NCBI GenBank assembly: GCA_949358305.1
Contig: OX442314.1
Location: forward strand, 13,454,001-13,518,000
Direction: 5' to 3'
DNA length: 64,000 bases
Origin: Strigamia acuminata
Lineage: Eukaryota
This document shows positions 12,301 through 26,288 of this stretch, in pieces (position 1 is the stretch's first letter; every line of letters begins with the position of its first letter). A model generated the notes under the pieces. It was not told where the DNA came from. It saw nothing but the letters and a program-made list of their open reading frames with translations, and searched no databases. The translations under genes and the position numbers were made by a program.

Positions 12301-15300
12301 TTAACACTGATTTCAATATGTTACCTAGTGCAAAAAGGTGGCAAAACGTGTACCGCACTCCCACTAATCGTGTTTTATGTTATAAATATTAAATTATCTT
12401 TTTAATAATTAAAAAAGTACTTGTATTTATTCATCATGAAATAAGAATATTTTTTAGGAATAAAGATCGGTCCCCTTAGTTAATTTTCAGGTAAAACAGA
12501 ATTAGTTATTTAACTATTTCATCTACCCATTTAATTCGTATATTTTGTTTAAAAATTTTTCAAAAAAATAATTAGTTTTACGTTTAATCTTACAAAAACT
12601 TTCCTTTCGCTCTCTTATTCTGAATTTAATACCTAAAAACTCAAATTTTCATACAAATACAATTTTATTCTCCAATTTCTGTATAATCCTAGCAAACATG
12701 ATAAGCTGGATTTATTTACCATCTTGTAATCAATTTAAAATTAATATTATCACAACAAAAAGGTGAAGTACTGATACTAGCTTAGATTAAATTAAAAATA
12801 AATTATAAATAAAAATTTCTGACAAAAATTAATGATTTCTACATTCATTCATTCATCTCTTGAACCTTTTCTCAGCTCACCTTCATCACAAAAATTATCT
12901 TTAATCAATAAAAACATTGAGAGACTAAGTATTCCATTCTTATGCCTAATTGCAGGGCTTTTCCACTCATAAAACTAGCAACACCAACACTTTGTCTAGC
13001 GATATCAACCTAAAAACTAATAAAAAAATCAAAATTAAAAAAATATACAAATCTCAAATTTCCTCGTTCAATCGCAGGTTATACACTTTCTGGTCAATAC
13101 AGATGGGAAATTGTTTCTCAACATGAGGTGTACAAGGTGATATAAAACTTGCAGGGGATGCCACTTATTGACAATCGAATCAATACTTTGAAAAATAGGA
13201 CCCCCGTGCATCATCAAGTAATGTATTGCACACCATGTATTATTCATACAAAATCCAATGGAAAATTGGAGTATAAAACCAGAGAAAAGAGGCAATTTCG
13301 TTATACATACCTTTTTAAGAGAATCGCGTCATTTTTGAACCAATCTCAACATATTTCAAGCTGCTAATCAGCAGGAAATAGTTTTTAGATAATAATATTA
13401 ATCAATAATAAACAATAATTATAATTCCGCGTGTTATTTCCTTTTCCAGTTTCATTTCAAAAGAAATTAAGAAATAATTTTTGCTGCGACATTTGCCCAA
13501 GTTGCATTAGTTCCATTAAATAAAGGTCATACAGATTCAATTCAAGCTGTTTTGAGGGGTCCTCGAACGGTTTCAAATCATTAGGACTGTAAGACTGCGA
13601 CTAACTGACCGAGGCCACAAATTTACTTTTTATTTCCTACCAATTTAAACATTGATGGAATCCAATTTGTTCTTTCTTTTTTTTAGTCTAACGATAAAAT
13701 TACTTAACTTCAACGTCGTGAAGTCGGGTCATTTCCTCGAATCCCGTTTCATCGAATGGCAGTTTTTTTCGATGAAACGTACCATTTTGTCAAAAATTTC
13801 GATGAAACGGTACAGTAAAAAAAATCCAAAAACCAAAAAACTAACCTAACCGGACCTAACCTGACCTGACCTAACCGGACCTAACCTGACCTGACCTAAC
13901 CGGACCTGACCTGACCTGATCTAACCTAACCTAACCTGACCTAACACAACCTAACACAACCTAACACAACCTAACCTAACCACATAGCCACGCAAATAAC
14001 ATACCCGATGATGGCCAAAATTCGATGAAACGTACCGAGTGGAATTTATAATTCGATGAAACGACCCCCGTTTTCGCACATTCCAAAAAACGCAAAAAAA
14101 AGCGAATTCGATGAAACGGGATTCGAGGAAATGACCCGACCCGTACGACGTTCAGTAAATGAGTTTAGTATTTATCTAACCCTAACTAGATCGTTACCAC
14201 TTGAACTGCATCGATATAATTCAACTATTTTCTTCCGTTTGGGCTAGAAAATTCCCATTTCTAAACTGCCCATGCGCAGTCCTCAACCAAAATGTCAAAT
14301 TTCTTGCCTCAAATTTGAAATTGCTGCATTTATTCGGCACCAGAAATAGTCGATTGGATCATTTGTACGTAAATTTACTCACATTTAAAGCAACGTCTAT
14401 CCAAATGAGCTAAATCGTGCGTTATTTGCTCATTTTAAATGCGAAGCGAGTGATCAATTTCAAGCGCCATCTTGATTTACAACAATTAAAGCCAAAATCA
14501 AAATGGCGCTTAATTACTAGAAACTTGAATTACCCTGCTTATGTGGAAATTATCACAAACCACTCCAATTTAAAAAAAAAATTCATACAATTACAAAATC
14601 ACAAAAATAAAATAAAATCACGAACCGGAAGAATATTTTCCTTAATTTCACGAACCGGAACACCGTTCCGGTTTGCTCCGGTACACTTGGAGCCCCGATC
14701 AATTGGAATTATTTCCGTGCCTTCAGCTTTTATAAATTTCAACTTTTCCAAGCATATGAAACCGAGTCCTAATTGGCCATCAGTCAAGTCACACAAAAGC
14801 GATAGGAAGCAAAAAAGAGCCCTTATTAAAACACGGTGTCACCTTCTATCTCCGTATTTTAGTGGCGAATTCATTCCGATGGTGAATTCGACTCAATTCC
14901 TTCCCCTTTCTGATCGCCTGTGGTTAGTGCATGACTAATGATGTAAGAGAACCTGGCGCCTGATAAAAGAAACCGATCGATCCTACGACAACAAAATGAT
15001 CTTTTCTATCAATTACATAACATTCCCACGTATATATTCAACTGACCACTGTTATTTCACACTCGAAATGGAAAATTTCACGAATCAAAACACTGGAAAA
15101 TTGTAAAAAATGATTCGTACAATTAGAAAATCACCATAAAAAAAATTATCACGAAGCGGAACAATATTTTCCGTAATTTTTCCGTACAAAATTAAAATCC
15201 TTACTTAATTTTTCGACACCAAAATTCGACTTGAGACCGGTTCGCTGTCTATTTATCATTTCATTTCCTAATGGCGGCCTTGAGGCTTTTGGCCAACACT

Positions 15301-15656
15301 AAATTTCTGTTGATTACGATCTTTTAAATCCTACCTCACATCAACATGAATGTAATAAAACGAGAGAGAAATAAAATAAAAAAAATCACATGATTCTATA
15401 ATTATCATGTTAGGGGTTGGAAAAAATCAATTGCGAGATAATAAAAGTGAATGAAACAGAAATAAAAAGGTTTTCGGGGGACGTAAAGGTGGGAAAATGA
15501 AATTCAAGTTGTGCAGACATAGCGACATAGCCTACAAGTGGTGGCACGTATACTTACGTCGTCCCATTTCACACACTTGGCGCCTTCTTGCAAACTCTTG
15601 GCGACCAAAATCGGTTTGAGTTGAACAACGTGCACTCCTGATTTAGCCCCGGCCAT
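3355..15656 (-). CDS. PLCB: Phospholipase C-beta (PLCB1/Plc21C-like), first two coding exons; gene continues past the left edge
   Basis: Exon 1 15656-15558 = MAGAKSGVHVVQLKPILVAKSLQEGAKCVKWDD|gtaagt; exon 2 3432-3355 = DSTSGTAVTLRVDKKGFFLYWTDQNK|gtaaa. This matches the PLC-beta N-terminal PH region; phase-0 junction across a ~12.1-kb intron. Not in the ORF track. Confidence 0.93.
5584..5875. repeat. 31-bp minisatellite (~10 copies), probably inside a Tc1/pogo-like MITE
   Basis: Unit gtctaaattgaacaaaacgactaaaataaat starts at 5584, 5615, 5646, 5677, 5708, 5739, 5770, 5797, 5828, 5859. A degenerate relative with the same leader (atcctttacaacgc) lies at ~7837-8020. Confidence 0.9.
13723..14140. 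mobile_element. Non-autonomous TIR element with internal (CCTAA/CCTGA)n tract
   Basis: Perfect 35-bp inverted repeat gtcgggtcatttcctcgaatcccgtttcatcgaat at both ends; internal ttcgatgaaacg subrepeats; pentamer array at 13841-13981. Confidence 0.8.
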
Positions 15657-16368
15657 ATCCACTCATTTGGACAGCGACTCACGCTGGTTTGTGATGAGAG
15701 AAGTTGGTTTCGCGCCGTCCGATCGCTGGTCGGAGCGCAGCACGTCCGAATCAGGCCAATCGAGCCTCGCCTTCGTGCAACTGGAAAGAAATGGGACGTG
15801 CCCATTTGCAACCGGAAGGGGTGTTTTGTAGTTGGGACTTGACTCGCTTTCCATAACAGCACGATTTAAGTTTTACAAAGAATTATCGTTTTGGGATTTG
15901 TTTTTTAATTTTAAGGTCGATTCGAAGCTGAATTATATAAGAAAAAGAAAAAATATTTGTTTAAAAAAATCTTTTTTTTTTTTCGTGATTTTTTTTTTAA
16001 TTATTATTTTTTGTTTTTGTTTTTGATTTATTTGGATTTTTTTTAAAAACATAAATGGCGGAATTTGGATTGTTTTTACACACAAAATTTGACAAATGTA
16101 TTTTTAATGTGTTTTTTTTTTTGTTTTTACTATTTGGGTCACTTGTCTCAAGGTCACTTTTTAACAGAAAAAAAACTTTGTTTTCCCACACCATTTCCTC
16201 TATTTTAATTCTACCGATCTTATATTCTTATACGCAATAATTAAAACTCACGATTGCTCGCGATGATCGACGATTGTCGATCGAGTTTTCAAATATTGAA
16301 CTGCAGTGTTGTACAGTAATGTCCATTTTGCATTTAACCAACTGAAAAAAAATAAACATTTTAAAATT

Positions 16369-19300
16369 ATGACGACTATTATTGGAAATAGTAAGTTTTC
16401 GTAGTTAAATGTTAATAAAACCTCGCAATTAACGTGTTATCAACGTTTTATTGGATTGAATTTTCAATTGAGGAGGGTTTTATTACATACGTATAAGCGA
16501 TTTGGCGCAATTTGATTACAACTTTCATGAATATTCAATCGCACGTAAATTCCTTATTGAAAACATGGTTCTAATCTCATTAAGTTAATTGGTAGATGAT
16601 AAGGTTTTTATTGTAAATCGCTACAAATAGGATTTCGCCTTATTTGCAAGAAAGGATCAGGAACCTTCGCTGATGTTTGGAAATGCCAGGATATTGCAAC
16701 TGGTGAATTTGTAGCTTGCAAGAGAATGAAACAACTTTTCTGCAGGTTATTTTTTTAATGAAAAAAAAATAATTAAAAATTAATAATTAATATTCGAATT
16801 TTTATTTTTTTTTAGCTTTGAACAAGCTGAAAACTTGAAGGAGATAATTGCATTGCGAAAGCTGCATCATCATGAAAACATTCTTAATCTCGAAGATGTC
16901 ATTTAGTAAGAAGGAGAAACGAAAGAGATAGAAAGAAAAAAAATTAAAACTTAGTCTATTCCTTTTTAATCTTTTTAATTAAAAACAATTTAATTCGCAG
17001 TGATATTAAGACCGGGAAAATTAGTCTGGTTTTTGAGCTCATGGACATGAATTTATACGAACTGATAAAAAGTAAAAACTAAAATAAAAAATAAATTTAA
17101 GATAAATCTTTTTTTAAGAACTGCACTCATTAAACCTCATGAATATTTGAAATATTTTTGACGCGAAAACGAAAGAGAATAAATGGCCCGCGCTTTTTAA
17201 CAGGCAATAAGCCACGTGTTTACTCCCATAATGTTGGCAGTATTATGCAAATGACACGTTTTATCAAGTATCCAGCGATCGTTAAAAGAGGCTGACAGAA
17301 ATGTGCAATCCTCTTGTGCCTCTCATCATAATTATCTCCAAGCTTCATCAACTAAAAACCATCTAGTTTGATAGTTTCACTATTTACACATTTGTTAATA
17401 GAACTCTGCCTTTTTCATCTTTATTTTTGCATTTCCTTAGGTCGAAAAACCCCCGTTCCTGATTCAAAAGTGCAACATTACATGTACCAGCTGTGTAAAG
17501 CTCTAGACTTCATGCATAGGTTAGCAATATTTTTTACTCTCGAGCCAGCATTTTGTCCTTAAAGCCATTCGATTCTCAATTTTTTTTTATTCTATTTACT
17601 AGACATGGCCTTTTTCATCGTGATGTGAAGCCGGAGAACATTCTTGTCAAGGGGGAAGAATTAAAACTGGGAGATTTTGGATCCTGCAAACAGTCCAATT
17701 CTACTCCACCATACACTGAATATATATCAACTCGATGGTAAGTTGCGAGCATATGTAAAGAAAGCATTTTTCATGCTCGTTTCCTTTTGTGTCAGCATTT
17801 ATTCATTGATTAATTAATTGCCGCTCTTAGTTTAGCTAAAACTTGCGAGTAAATCATCGTTAGCAATTCCCATATAACTGCATTAGCGATATATATATAT
17901 ATAAGAACATATAAAATAAAAAATAAAAACTACCATATACACTTCTTCACTTTGCATTCTGTCACTGTTCATAATGGAAAGCTAATGGAGGATAGTAAAA
18001 TGTAATTGAATTAATAGCTGACAAGGGCAGATGGTCATGTTATAGATGCGGGAAGTCAGTTAGGCTTATTATGAAAACTTGCAGAATTTTATGATTTCAT
18101 CACCTTTTTTTAATGTATTTTTTGCACATTATATTGATTTACAAAAAAAAAAAAAAACATATGAAATGGTTGAAAAAGATTACATTTTAATTTTTATACA
18201 AGCAAAAAAAAATTAATTATTTGCAAATGAAATTCATTTTTTTCATCAGGTACAGACCTCCCGAATGTTTACTTACTAATGGTTGGTACATGAGCAAGAT
18301 GGATATCTGGGCTGCGGGATGTGTATTTTTTGAAACCATAAGGTATGTTTAATTAAATATTAATATGAAAAATTAAATTATAAATTTATAAACTTTTAAT
18401 AATTTTTATTTTAATTAACCAGTCTGCAGCCACTTTTTCCTGGAACTAACGAAGTGGACCAGATGGCATGCATCCATCGAATCCTCGGCACACAGAATAT
18501 CCATACAACACTGCAGAAATTCACTTTTCGGTAATTGAATGTGCTGTAAATGATCCACCCCCCAAATAAAAAACCTAACGTAATATCCAAAACAATTTCA
18601 TTATTGATGGGAGTGCGTGGTAAAAATAGTTAAGGAGGATTCAATTTTTTTTTTTTGAATTTATAAAAGTCAAGGTGGAGTAACTTCATTATAACTCAAT
18701 CTCAACTGGGGCAAGATAATTACTTTATCCAAAGCATGGGTGCAAAAATGAAAAGGCTGATTGGATTTTTTTTTTTTTTATTATTATTTTTTTTCTCTTT
18801 ACAGAAAAAGTTCCCACTTAAAATTCGATTTTCCTCATGAAGATGGTGTCGGTATTGACTGTCTTTTGCCTCATTCATCGGCTACTTGTAGAGAACTCAT
18901 CAAACTCATGTGCACGTATGATCCGGACGATAGGATCAGCGCTCAAGATTGTCTCTCGCATCAGTACTTCAAAAAGTATAGGTAAAGTTGATAGCAAAGA
19001 TGGAGATTTGGGCATAGCTAAAAGAGATTTTAAGGTTTTTTTCCAGGAATTCAACGCTGCGTGTCGATTTCTTTGATTTAAATTTATTTATACGTATTTC
19101 CTGCACCGCAGTATGACTTAATTAATTACGGAACAAATTTTACGACAGTTTGTGCATAATTAATAATGGCAAATGGGGATTGCGCTTTAAATTGCGCTGA
19201 GAAATAGTGTTGCAAAGAGAAATTATCGCATTCGTATAAATTTCGTGGTGAAAGATCAAAAATCCATCTTGAATTGAAAAGAATTTGTGAAAAGAATATA

Positions 19301-20169
19301 TTTCCAACCAGATTCTGGTCATAAATAAATTATTAAATCTGACAAATTCGAAACAAAAAATTCAATGACGTTGGTAACTTAGCAACAGTTTCCATAGAAA
19401 ATTCTATGCCTTGCAGTGGACTTGCATTTAATTCCTAAAAATCAATTAAAACGGGACTGCTGGAATGATTACATTGCAGTTCAATTAACTTTCTCATTCT
19501 AAAGCAAATATATGCATATATTTCAAAATATATAAAATATAGGAATTTAAAATTTAAAAAAAATAAAACTAAATTTGTTACGCGGTGTTACGTTAAATTA
19601 AATACATTTGTGTGATGTTTCAGGGCGGCAAAACGCCGTGGCAAAAAACATACGACAGCGAAAGTTATGGAAACCGCAGCCTCTATTCCCACTAGTGATG
19701 GGAAAAAACCTTCAACGGCTACCGATGTGTCTCGAGAGACGGTTAGCTTACAGTTGAGACCACTTAGGAAGTCGACCATCAAACCGAGAACGGTGAGACG
19801 AGCGAAAAAATAAATAATAAAAAAGAAACAGACAGTCTATCAAGAATAAATCATTTCAAATGACTCAAAATAGATTTTTTTTCACCTAGGCTTTTGTAAT
19901 TTATTTATTTTATTTTTATTTTATTTCATTTTTTATAGAAACTGACCGTCCGTGAAGAGAGTTGTGAAACTGGTGCGAAAAGTCTACAGAAATTGCCGAA
20001 AATAAATGCCTCCGCATCATCCGCAACATCGAAAAAGATCGTAAAAAAATCGACATTTTTTTATCATAAAAAATCAAATATTTATTAAATATTTTTACAG
20101 ATTCCAAAATTACAAAAAAGTCCTCTGAAAAGTCAGAATTTTTTACCACCAATAAGAAAAAAGCAGTGA
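16369..20169 (+). CDS. MOK: MAPK/MAK/MRK overlapping kinase
   Basis: Spliced exons (16369-16390, 16631-16745, 16816-16905, 17001-17071, 17441-17519, 17603-17737, 18250-18342, 18423-18530, 18805-18981, 19624-19792, 19939-20040, 20101-20169; some boundaries approximate) give [63 protein letters not shown]. Confidence 0.88.
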
Positions 20170-20324
20170 TTTATTCTGTAAATGCAAACTTTATTCTTTT
20201 TTTTTATAGAACATATTTTTAATATTTTTATTTACTTATTTAAATATTTAAAAAAAAAAATTTTGTATTTATTTTATTTTTTATTGCCTTAATAAAGAAA
20301 TTTCTTTTTTTTTAAAATTCTCCT

Positions 20325-21440
20325 CTATTTCTGCTTCAACCGGAACGGCGCTCCCTCGACCACCACCGAATTTCCAGCCAACGAATGCGCCGGCAACCGC
20401 GACATTCGCACCGCCGCCTTACTATCACTCGTAGACATAAACCCCACGCACATACTATCGGTCGTATGCGCCCAAATCACCTCCCCAGCTCTATTCTTAG
20501 CATCGTACATCAAAACCACCGAGCCGGCTAATCGTTCAGACAAATCATTAAAACTCTTCGACTTTAAAATCTTGTCCGAATACAAATGTTGCAGCGCTAA
20601 AGTCGGGTCCGAACGATCCATTTCCACGACCCGACAACACTCCCGCGCTAAAATGGTCCGAATTAACGATTCCCCACACCCACTTGTGGCCGCAGCGACT
20701 GCACTCTCTTCACCCAGTTGATTCTGCGCCCAACAGCCGCTCCCAAACACAGCAGCTGGCCCGACTCGTCCCGGGTGCTTCATAATAACTCCTCCGCTGG
20801 ATACAGCTGCCGCAGTTTCTCCGTTAACATCGGCTCCAATCACCCCGACAGTGTCGCTCACTTCGCAGTCGAACTCGGGCCCTGAAATGTCTTTTTCATT
20901 CACATTACACACATCGTCTAACGTTTTGTGTGTGGGCGCCATCCTTTTCCGCCACCGATGGTAAATCTTGAGTGTTTCTTCGGTCATCATCTCGCGTTGG
21001 GAGACGGTGGACATTCCGTGCGATATTCCCCATTGTTTGGCGCCCTCTCCGACGAGAAATGACGGCGAGATTCTGCCGTACGAGAGTTTATTGTTTATCT
21101 GTTCCACTAATAAAAGTTTTGCTAGGATTGCGGGGTTTTTAATGCACGTTACGGCACCTACAGCGCCGTATCTTTGCGTGTTTCCTTCGATCACGCTCGC
21201 GTCGCATTCCAGAGTGCCTGTTTCAGTTAGGTTGGAGCCGCATCCCGCATTCGTGTACGGTGAATCTTCGAGAATTTGGGCGGCCGAGCAAACCGCATCT
21301 AGAATTGACGAACCGGTCTTTAGAACTTGCACGCCTTCTACGCATGCTTGTTTGCACAGTTTTTTGTAATGGGGCGTTTTCGTTACTGAGTGATGGCCCG
21401 CGCCTAAATGCACCGATATTATGCCAAAGTTTTGTGGCAT
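20325..21440 (-). CDS. TASP1: Threonine aspartase 1 (Taspase1), single exon
   Basis: 371-aa ORF of the Ntn-hydrolase/asparaginase-2 type: VHLGAG, LEDSPYTNAGCGSNL, ECDAS, autocleavage D|TVG, SSGGVIMKHPGRVG, TSGCGESL. Confidence 0.93.
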   Translation of the reverse strand: MPQNFGIISVHLGAGHHSVTKTPHYKKLCKQACVEGVQVLKTGSSILDAVCSAAQILEDSPYTNAGCGSNLTETGTLECDASVIEGNTQRYGAVGAVTCIKNPAILAKLLLVEQINNKLSYGRISPSFLVGEGAKQWGISHGMSTVSQREMMTEETLKIYHRWRKRMAPTHKTLDDVCNVNEKDISGPEFDCEVSDTVGVIGADVNGETAAAVSSGGVIMKHPGRVGPAAVFGSGCWAQNQLGEESAVAAATSGCGESLIRTILARECCRVVEMDRSDPTLALQHLYSDKILKSKSFNDLSERLAGSVVLMYDAKNRAGEVIWAHTTDSMCVGFMSTSDSKAAVRMSRLPAHSLAGNSVVVEGAPFRLKQK

Positions 21441-21628
21441 TTGTGTTGTTTCTTTTATGTTTTGGGTTTAAAATTCGTACCAACCTCAATAGTGAGTGCT
21501 CATTGTGTGCCGGGATGGTTTGGAGGCTTGCAAGAGTCGCCATCAGGTGGGGTTAGTTGTCGATAACTGAAGAAGCGCCGTTATTACGATAAAACACGTA
21601 AACAACACCGCGGAAATTTGATTTAAAG

Positions 21629-22463
21629 ATGGCTTTTGGAAGCAGAAATCGCTGTCAATTGGTCGTTAGTAACGTTGATTTGGATGGAAAATTGAATCCG
21701 CAAAGTTATTGTCAACTTACGATTGAAATTTTGAAATATGCGATTTTTACACGGGGACAAATTCCTCTTCAATATGATTTTTGGTGCAGAGATTTAAATG
21801 CAGTGAAAAACACCGTAAATATTTGATTTATTATGTCTAAAAAACGTGGAATTCTAATTGATTTTGTATTTTTAGGATGTTTTGGGTGTGTTGCAACGTA
21901 ATACGAGAAGAAAAAATGAAGAAACCGTCACAAATTTTGAAAAATGGTTCGAAGAAATTCGAAGTTTATTCATTAACCGCGTCGACGTTCAAGAAATTCT
22001 GTTTGTTATTGGTGCGACGTATATTTCGCCGAAGATTGTGTATAAAATAAAGCTGCCAGGAAATCTGTGGGCGAAGAACGTAGCGTGTGATTTCCTACCC
22101 ATGCGAATGTGTCTTTTGCAAGTTCTGAAGCAGCTAGTTAAGGCCGAAGAGGCCGTTGCGGTTGTGGAAATCGCACCCACGAACATGTATTTATTTGTCA
22201 AAATGAATTCCAACTGTGGAGTTAATTCCTTGATACCGAAACCTGATTTCCAGCCACTTCAAAGAGGCATCTGCGTTAATATAAACTTGAATGAAAAAGA
22301 GCAACTTTCACAATTTCAAGTGTTTAATGACTCGTTACAGAATTCGACGGACAATTGTATAAAAATGGCTGAAAAATTGAGTGAATTACAATTAAACGAG
22401 AAGATAAATTCACATTTCATTTGGTTTCAATCACCAATCACAGTTAAAGGTATTAGAAATTAA
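21629..22463 (+). CDS. MAD2L1BP: MAD2L1-binding protein (p31comet)
   Basis: Two exons (21629-~21814, 21876-22463); EILKYAIFTRGQIPLQY, LFVIGATYISPKIVY and C-terminal IWFQSPITVKG match p31comet motifs. Confidence 0.8.
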
Positions 22464-22604
22464 AAATATGTTTGTTTAAAAATTCTGTTTAATTTTTGTT
22501 TAATGTCTTTTATTGAGTTTCGTGTTGTTTTTTAATAAATAAAAAAGTTGTATTTTACAAAGAACATTTAAAAAGACACTTATATAAATCTAAGACTCGA
22601 TTTA

Positions 22605-24862
22605 TTATGATCCCGTTTGACTTATGCAATCACCTAAAAAAAATGAAAAATTTATTTTAAATTAAAAATAAAATTTAAATACGTTTTTTTACCGTCTTCG
22701 TTGAACGTCGTCAATGATAAACGATTCAACTTATTCGATAAAAACGTCGCTGATGAACTAGTTCGTTTTGCCGCTGCTTTATTCAAAGGTACTAGAGTGT
22801 CCGACAATAAATCGGACACAGTTCCGACATCTACTTCTGTAAAAACAATTGTGATTTTAATTCGGTGCACTGTGTCGAGTGTGGGGAAAATACCATCGAC
22901 GTCTAAGGAAATGTTTTGTCTTATTTCAGTCTCGCTTTCCCAATTTTTAGCCGCTTTTACATCCTCTACAAATGAGGAAATTATGGCATTCATCATTATG
23001 GCCTGTAAAGAAAATTAAATGTTTGAAAATAATTTCTAATTTTAAAATTATCAACTTGAAGGTTTTTTACTTGTTTAGAAAATAATTGGAGAATTTTCCA
23101 CACTTTTGATTCAGTTTCCTGAACTTGAAATTGTATATACAACGATGGGAAACAGTCCGGATTGTACGGTTGACTCGATTTTATGTACGCCCACGAAAAT
23201 TCCTGATACTTCAAGCCCAAAAGCAAAGTCTGAAACGAATTTGATTTCATGAATTTTCTAATTAAAGTTTCTAATTAAAGTTTTAATATAAAACAAAAAT
23301 AATTTTACATTTTCGTCTTCATTTATGATAAAAATTCCTTCAGAATTTATTGCAATTAAAACTTCCTTGTCTTGCGTGCCGAGGATGTTTGATAACATTG
23401 TTTTTGGCTTTTCGATCTGGCCGTGGAAAAATGCACTTCTATACAAAAATTAGAAAAATTTAATGATTTTTTAATTTTTAACGATTTTTATTTTATTATA
23501 CCCATAATATGGAAGCGACCAACAAAAGTGCAAATATTTCTTCTTTAATTGGTCCGCGGTTGTTGACAACGGAATGTTGCAATATTGTTCCAATATGTGC
23601 GAATCGGGCCCACTTTTTGCGTTAAAATTCAACTTTAACAACCAACGATGTTTACACAAATGGTGAGGTAAAAATCCATTCACCTTTGATCTAAAAAAAA
23701 GAAAAAAAAATTAATTCAATTTATATTTTCGAGTTCAAAATTTAAATGTTCGGTACCTAAAAAAACTGAGCGTGTGTAAATTTGGATTGAAGGGTCCCAA
23801 TTCGATGCCCGCTTGCAACGATGCTAGTTTATAATAATCATTTTCCTCGCACGGATAACGAGCTTCGAGGATATTGCATTTAGCTTCTTCGTATAGTAAA
23901 TTTAACACGTTGCAATCTTCGATCTATAAATCAAGAAAATAAAATTACAAATACAGTAGTTTAAATATCGCAAATTCGACATTTACTTTTTCCTCTTCTT
24001 TTATGGAGTAGAAAACATTCCTCTGCAAGGAAAGAATAGGTTCGTCTAATTCTAAATCGCTTTTATCACATATTGTGTACTTTTGTAGTAACTGCGGCCA
24101 TTGTTGAAGGATTTTATACGGTAAATGAAACGGCTTCAATTGCACTTCTGCAATTAAATCAAATAATTCGATTACATTTTGTCATTTTATTCAAATTTCC
24201 AATACAAACCTAATAAAGAAGACGAAAACCACAAAGAGAATATTTTGTGAGCTTCCGGTGTCGTCAAACCAACTTCCGTTTCATTAAAAACCAAATGAAC
24301 CAATTCATCAGCCGTTGCAATTTGACCATTTTCCAACTCCAAAGTGACACCAATTTTATTTTTCAAGTACACGCATATTTCAAGACCTAAAAATAGAAAT
24401 AAAACAATGAAATAAAACAATATATTGCAAAGATTTGATCAATTCTGGACATAGAAATCTCGCGTTAAGCATGCAACATGCATTTCGTGCACCTTTTTTC
24501 ATTCTTTACTCACAGGGCTTTGTTTTTCTAGTAAAATTGGCAATATGTTGCAGAGGCAGATGTTTAGATGAACTACCGAAAGGCAAATTTAAAGGGGAAT
24601 TCACTTGACAGCGGGGTTTGTTTGCTGTAAATATTGTTATTAGATCTGATGATTGGGAAATAGTTGGTTAGTAGAGGTTTTATTGCACAGAAATAAATGG
24701 AAATTCACCAGTATTGAATGTTTTTAGGTTTTGGTCTCTTACTAACTTACTGCTGTATTCAGCGGACGTGCCAGCAAAATGTAGCCTTTCTTTGAATGTC
24801 GGTTTGAGTCGAATATCTAGTTTTTTCATACCAAATTCATTGGCATCGCTATATTGAGCCAT
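22605..24862 (-). CDS. FRMD8: FERM domain-containing protein 8 (iTAP/Bili-like); 5' end uncertain
   Basis: Exons give FSLWFSSSLLEVQLKPFHLPY, DEPILSLQRNVF, LPYYG, AFFHGQIE, LLGLKYQEFSW, QIFSKQA; stop at 22605-22607; ATG at 24862 is tentative. Confidence 0.85.
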
Positions 24863-25729
24863 GTGACTTGAGTGTAATGCATCACCAAAACACCAAGTTG
24901 TACTTTTTGCAAATGAATATTGTGTAATTACACTTGATTAATTCGTGAAGTGAATCTGAATGTAGATATCAGTTATAACCTATGTGTAAGTTGCTTTTGT
25001 GCAGATCTTGGGTAACTTTAATACACCTACAACCGTGAGATGATTACAAAATGATGATAACAAAAACAACGACGCGTGCTGCCATCTGTCTTTAAAATAG
25101 AAAAATGTAGTACCAAATCCAAATTGTCTTTAAAATGTGTTTGTTTTTCTTTTATAAAGAAAACATTCGCTTTTTTTATTTTAACAGGTTTTTGGTATGC
25201 TTTTGTTATGAAATGGAGTTGAGTTACATTTATGACGTCATAAAAACTTTCACTTGTCTCTCGCCAAATCACGCGCCAAATTTGCTTTGTTCGTACCGAG
25301 GTTACACTTCTACACCCTTAAAAATAAATTTAAAAAAGAAAAAAGTATGGAATTTATTTTATAGATAATTGAATCTAAATAATAGATTCGTTTTTAAATT
25401 ATCAATAAACTGTTTAAATCTAATTTTGAATTGATAACGCCATAATAAGGTAACAGGTACCAGCAGCAATGTACGCAGTTTGTTTGTTGTCCACCCCTTA
25501 AACTTTTATTATGATCACTTTATCTCTTGCTTCTGGTCAATGGAAAAAATCTTTCGCCTTTTACTAAAGATTTCCGTGGCCGGGAGTAGTTTATGAGTCT
25601 TAAGACCAATTTTTGAAATCCTGTCTTCGGACGGGAGAATAATTAACCAAAAATAAGATTTAATTGAAAAAGAAACCTGAAATTTGGGTTTTTCTGTGGC
25701 TTTGAAAACACTGCAGAATCCGTTTTTGG

Positions 25730-25850
25730 CAGTGCTGGACTGGCCCGGCGGGGCTACGGGAAATTTTCCCGTGGCAAGTGGCGGGCCCACCGCAGCCTCT
25801 CCCTGTGGCCCGACTCACTAAATTTGTACTCACAAGTCAGTGCAGCCCTG
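25730..25850. mobile_element. 121-bp hAT MITE between FRMD8 and MCM5
   Basis: Imperfect TIR CAGTGCTGGACTGGC / GTCAGTGCAGCCCTG; perfect 8-bp TSD GTTTTTGG at 25722-25729 and 25851-25858. Confidence 0.85.
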
Positions 25851-26288
25851 GTTTTTGGGCTGGTTTGTAAATCTCCCCGGAAATTTGGAATTCAGCTGAT
25901 GTCAGATCAAACAATTGTTGTAGTGTACCTTATTTTAGGTACCTTGGTAGTGTACTACTTATGTCCTTCTTTTCATCGAGATGTTGAAGTATTATTTTTT
26001 GGATGAAACGAACGTTAATTTAGAGTATTTTGTGTTATTTATTCATTTTTAAAAATTATGTTTTTTTAGAATTAAAGTTTTCGTATGCTTTCGAGTGCTG
26101 CCATCTGTCTTTAAAATATGATATTAAAATAAATAACAATTAAACTACAGCCGAAGTTAATCTCTAATAAATGTATATTTTTTTTATGTTGCAGAAATAT
26201 TTTTAATATTAACTATTTTTTTTCTATTTTTGTTAAGATTTTGTAAGTTTTTGTCTTAATATGGACTGGAAGCATTGATTTCCATTTC

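Noticed and set aside
14417..14938. 173-aa plus-strand ORF
   Set aside because: Non-ATG start, no recognisable domain or splice context; antisense within a PLCB intron.
20968..21556. Plus-strand ORFs overlapping TASP1
   Set aside because: Antisense shadows of a GC-richer coding exon.
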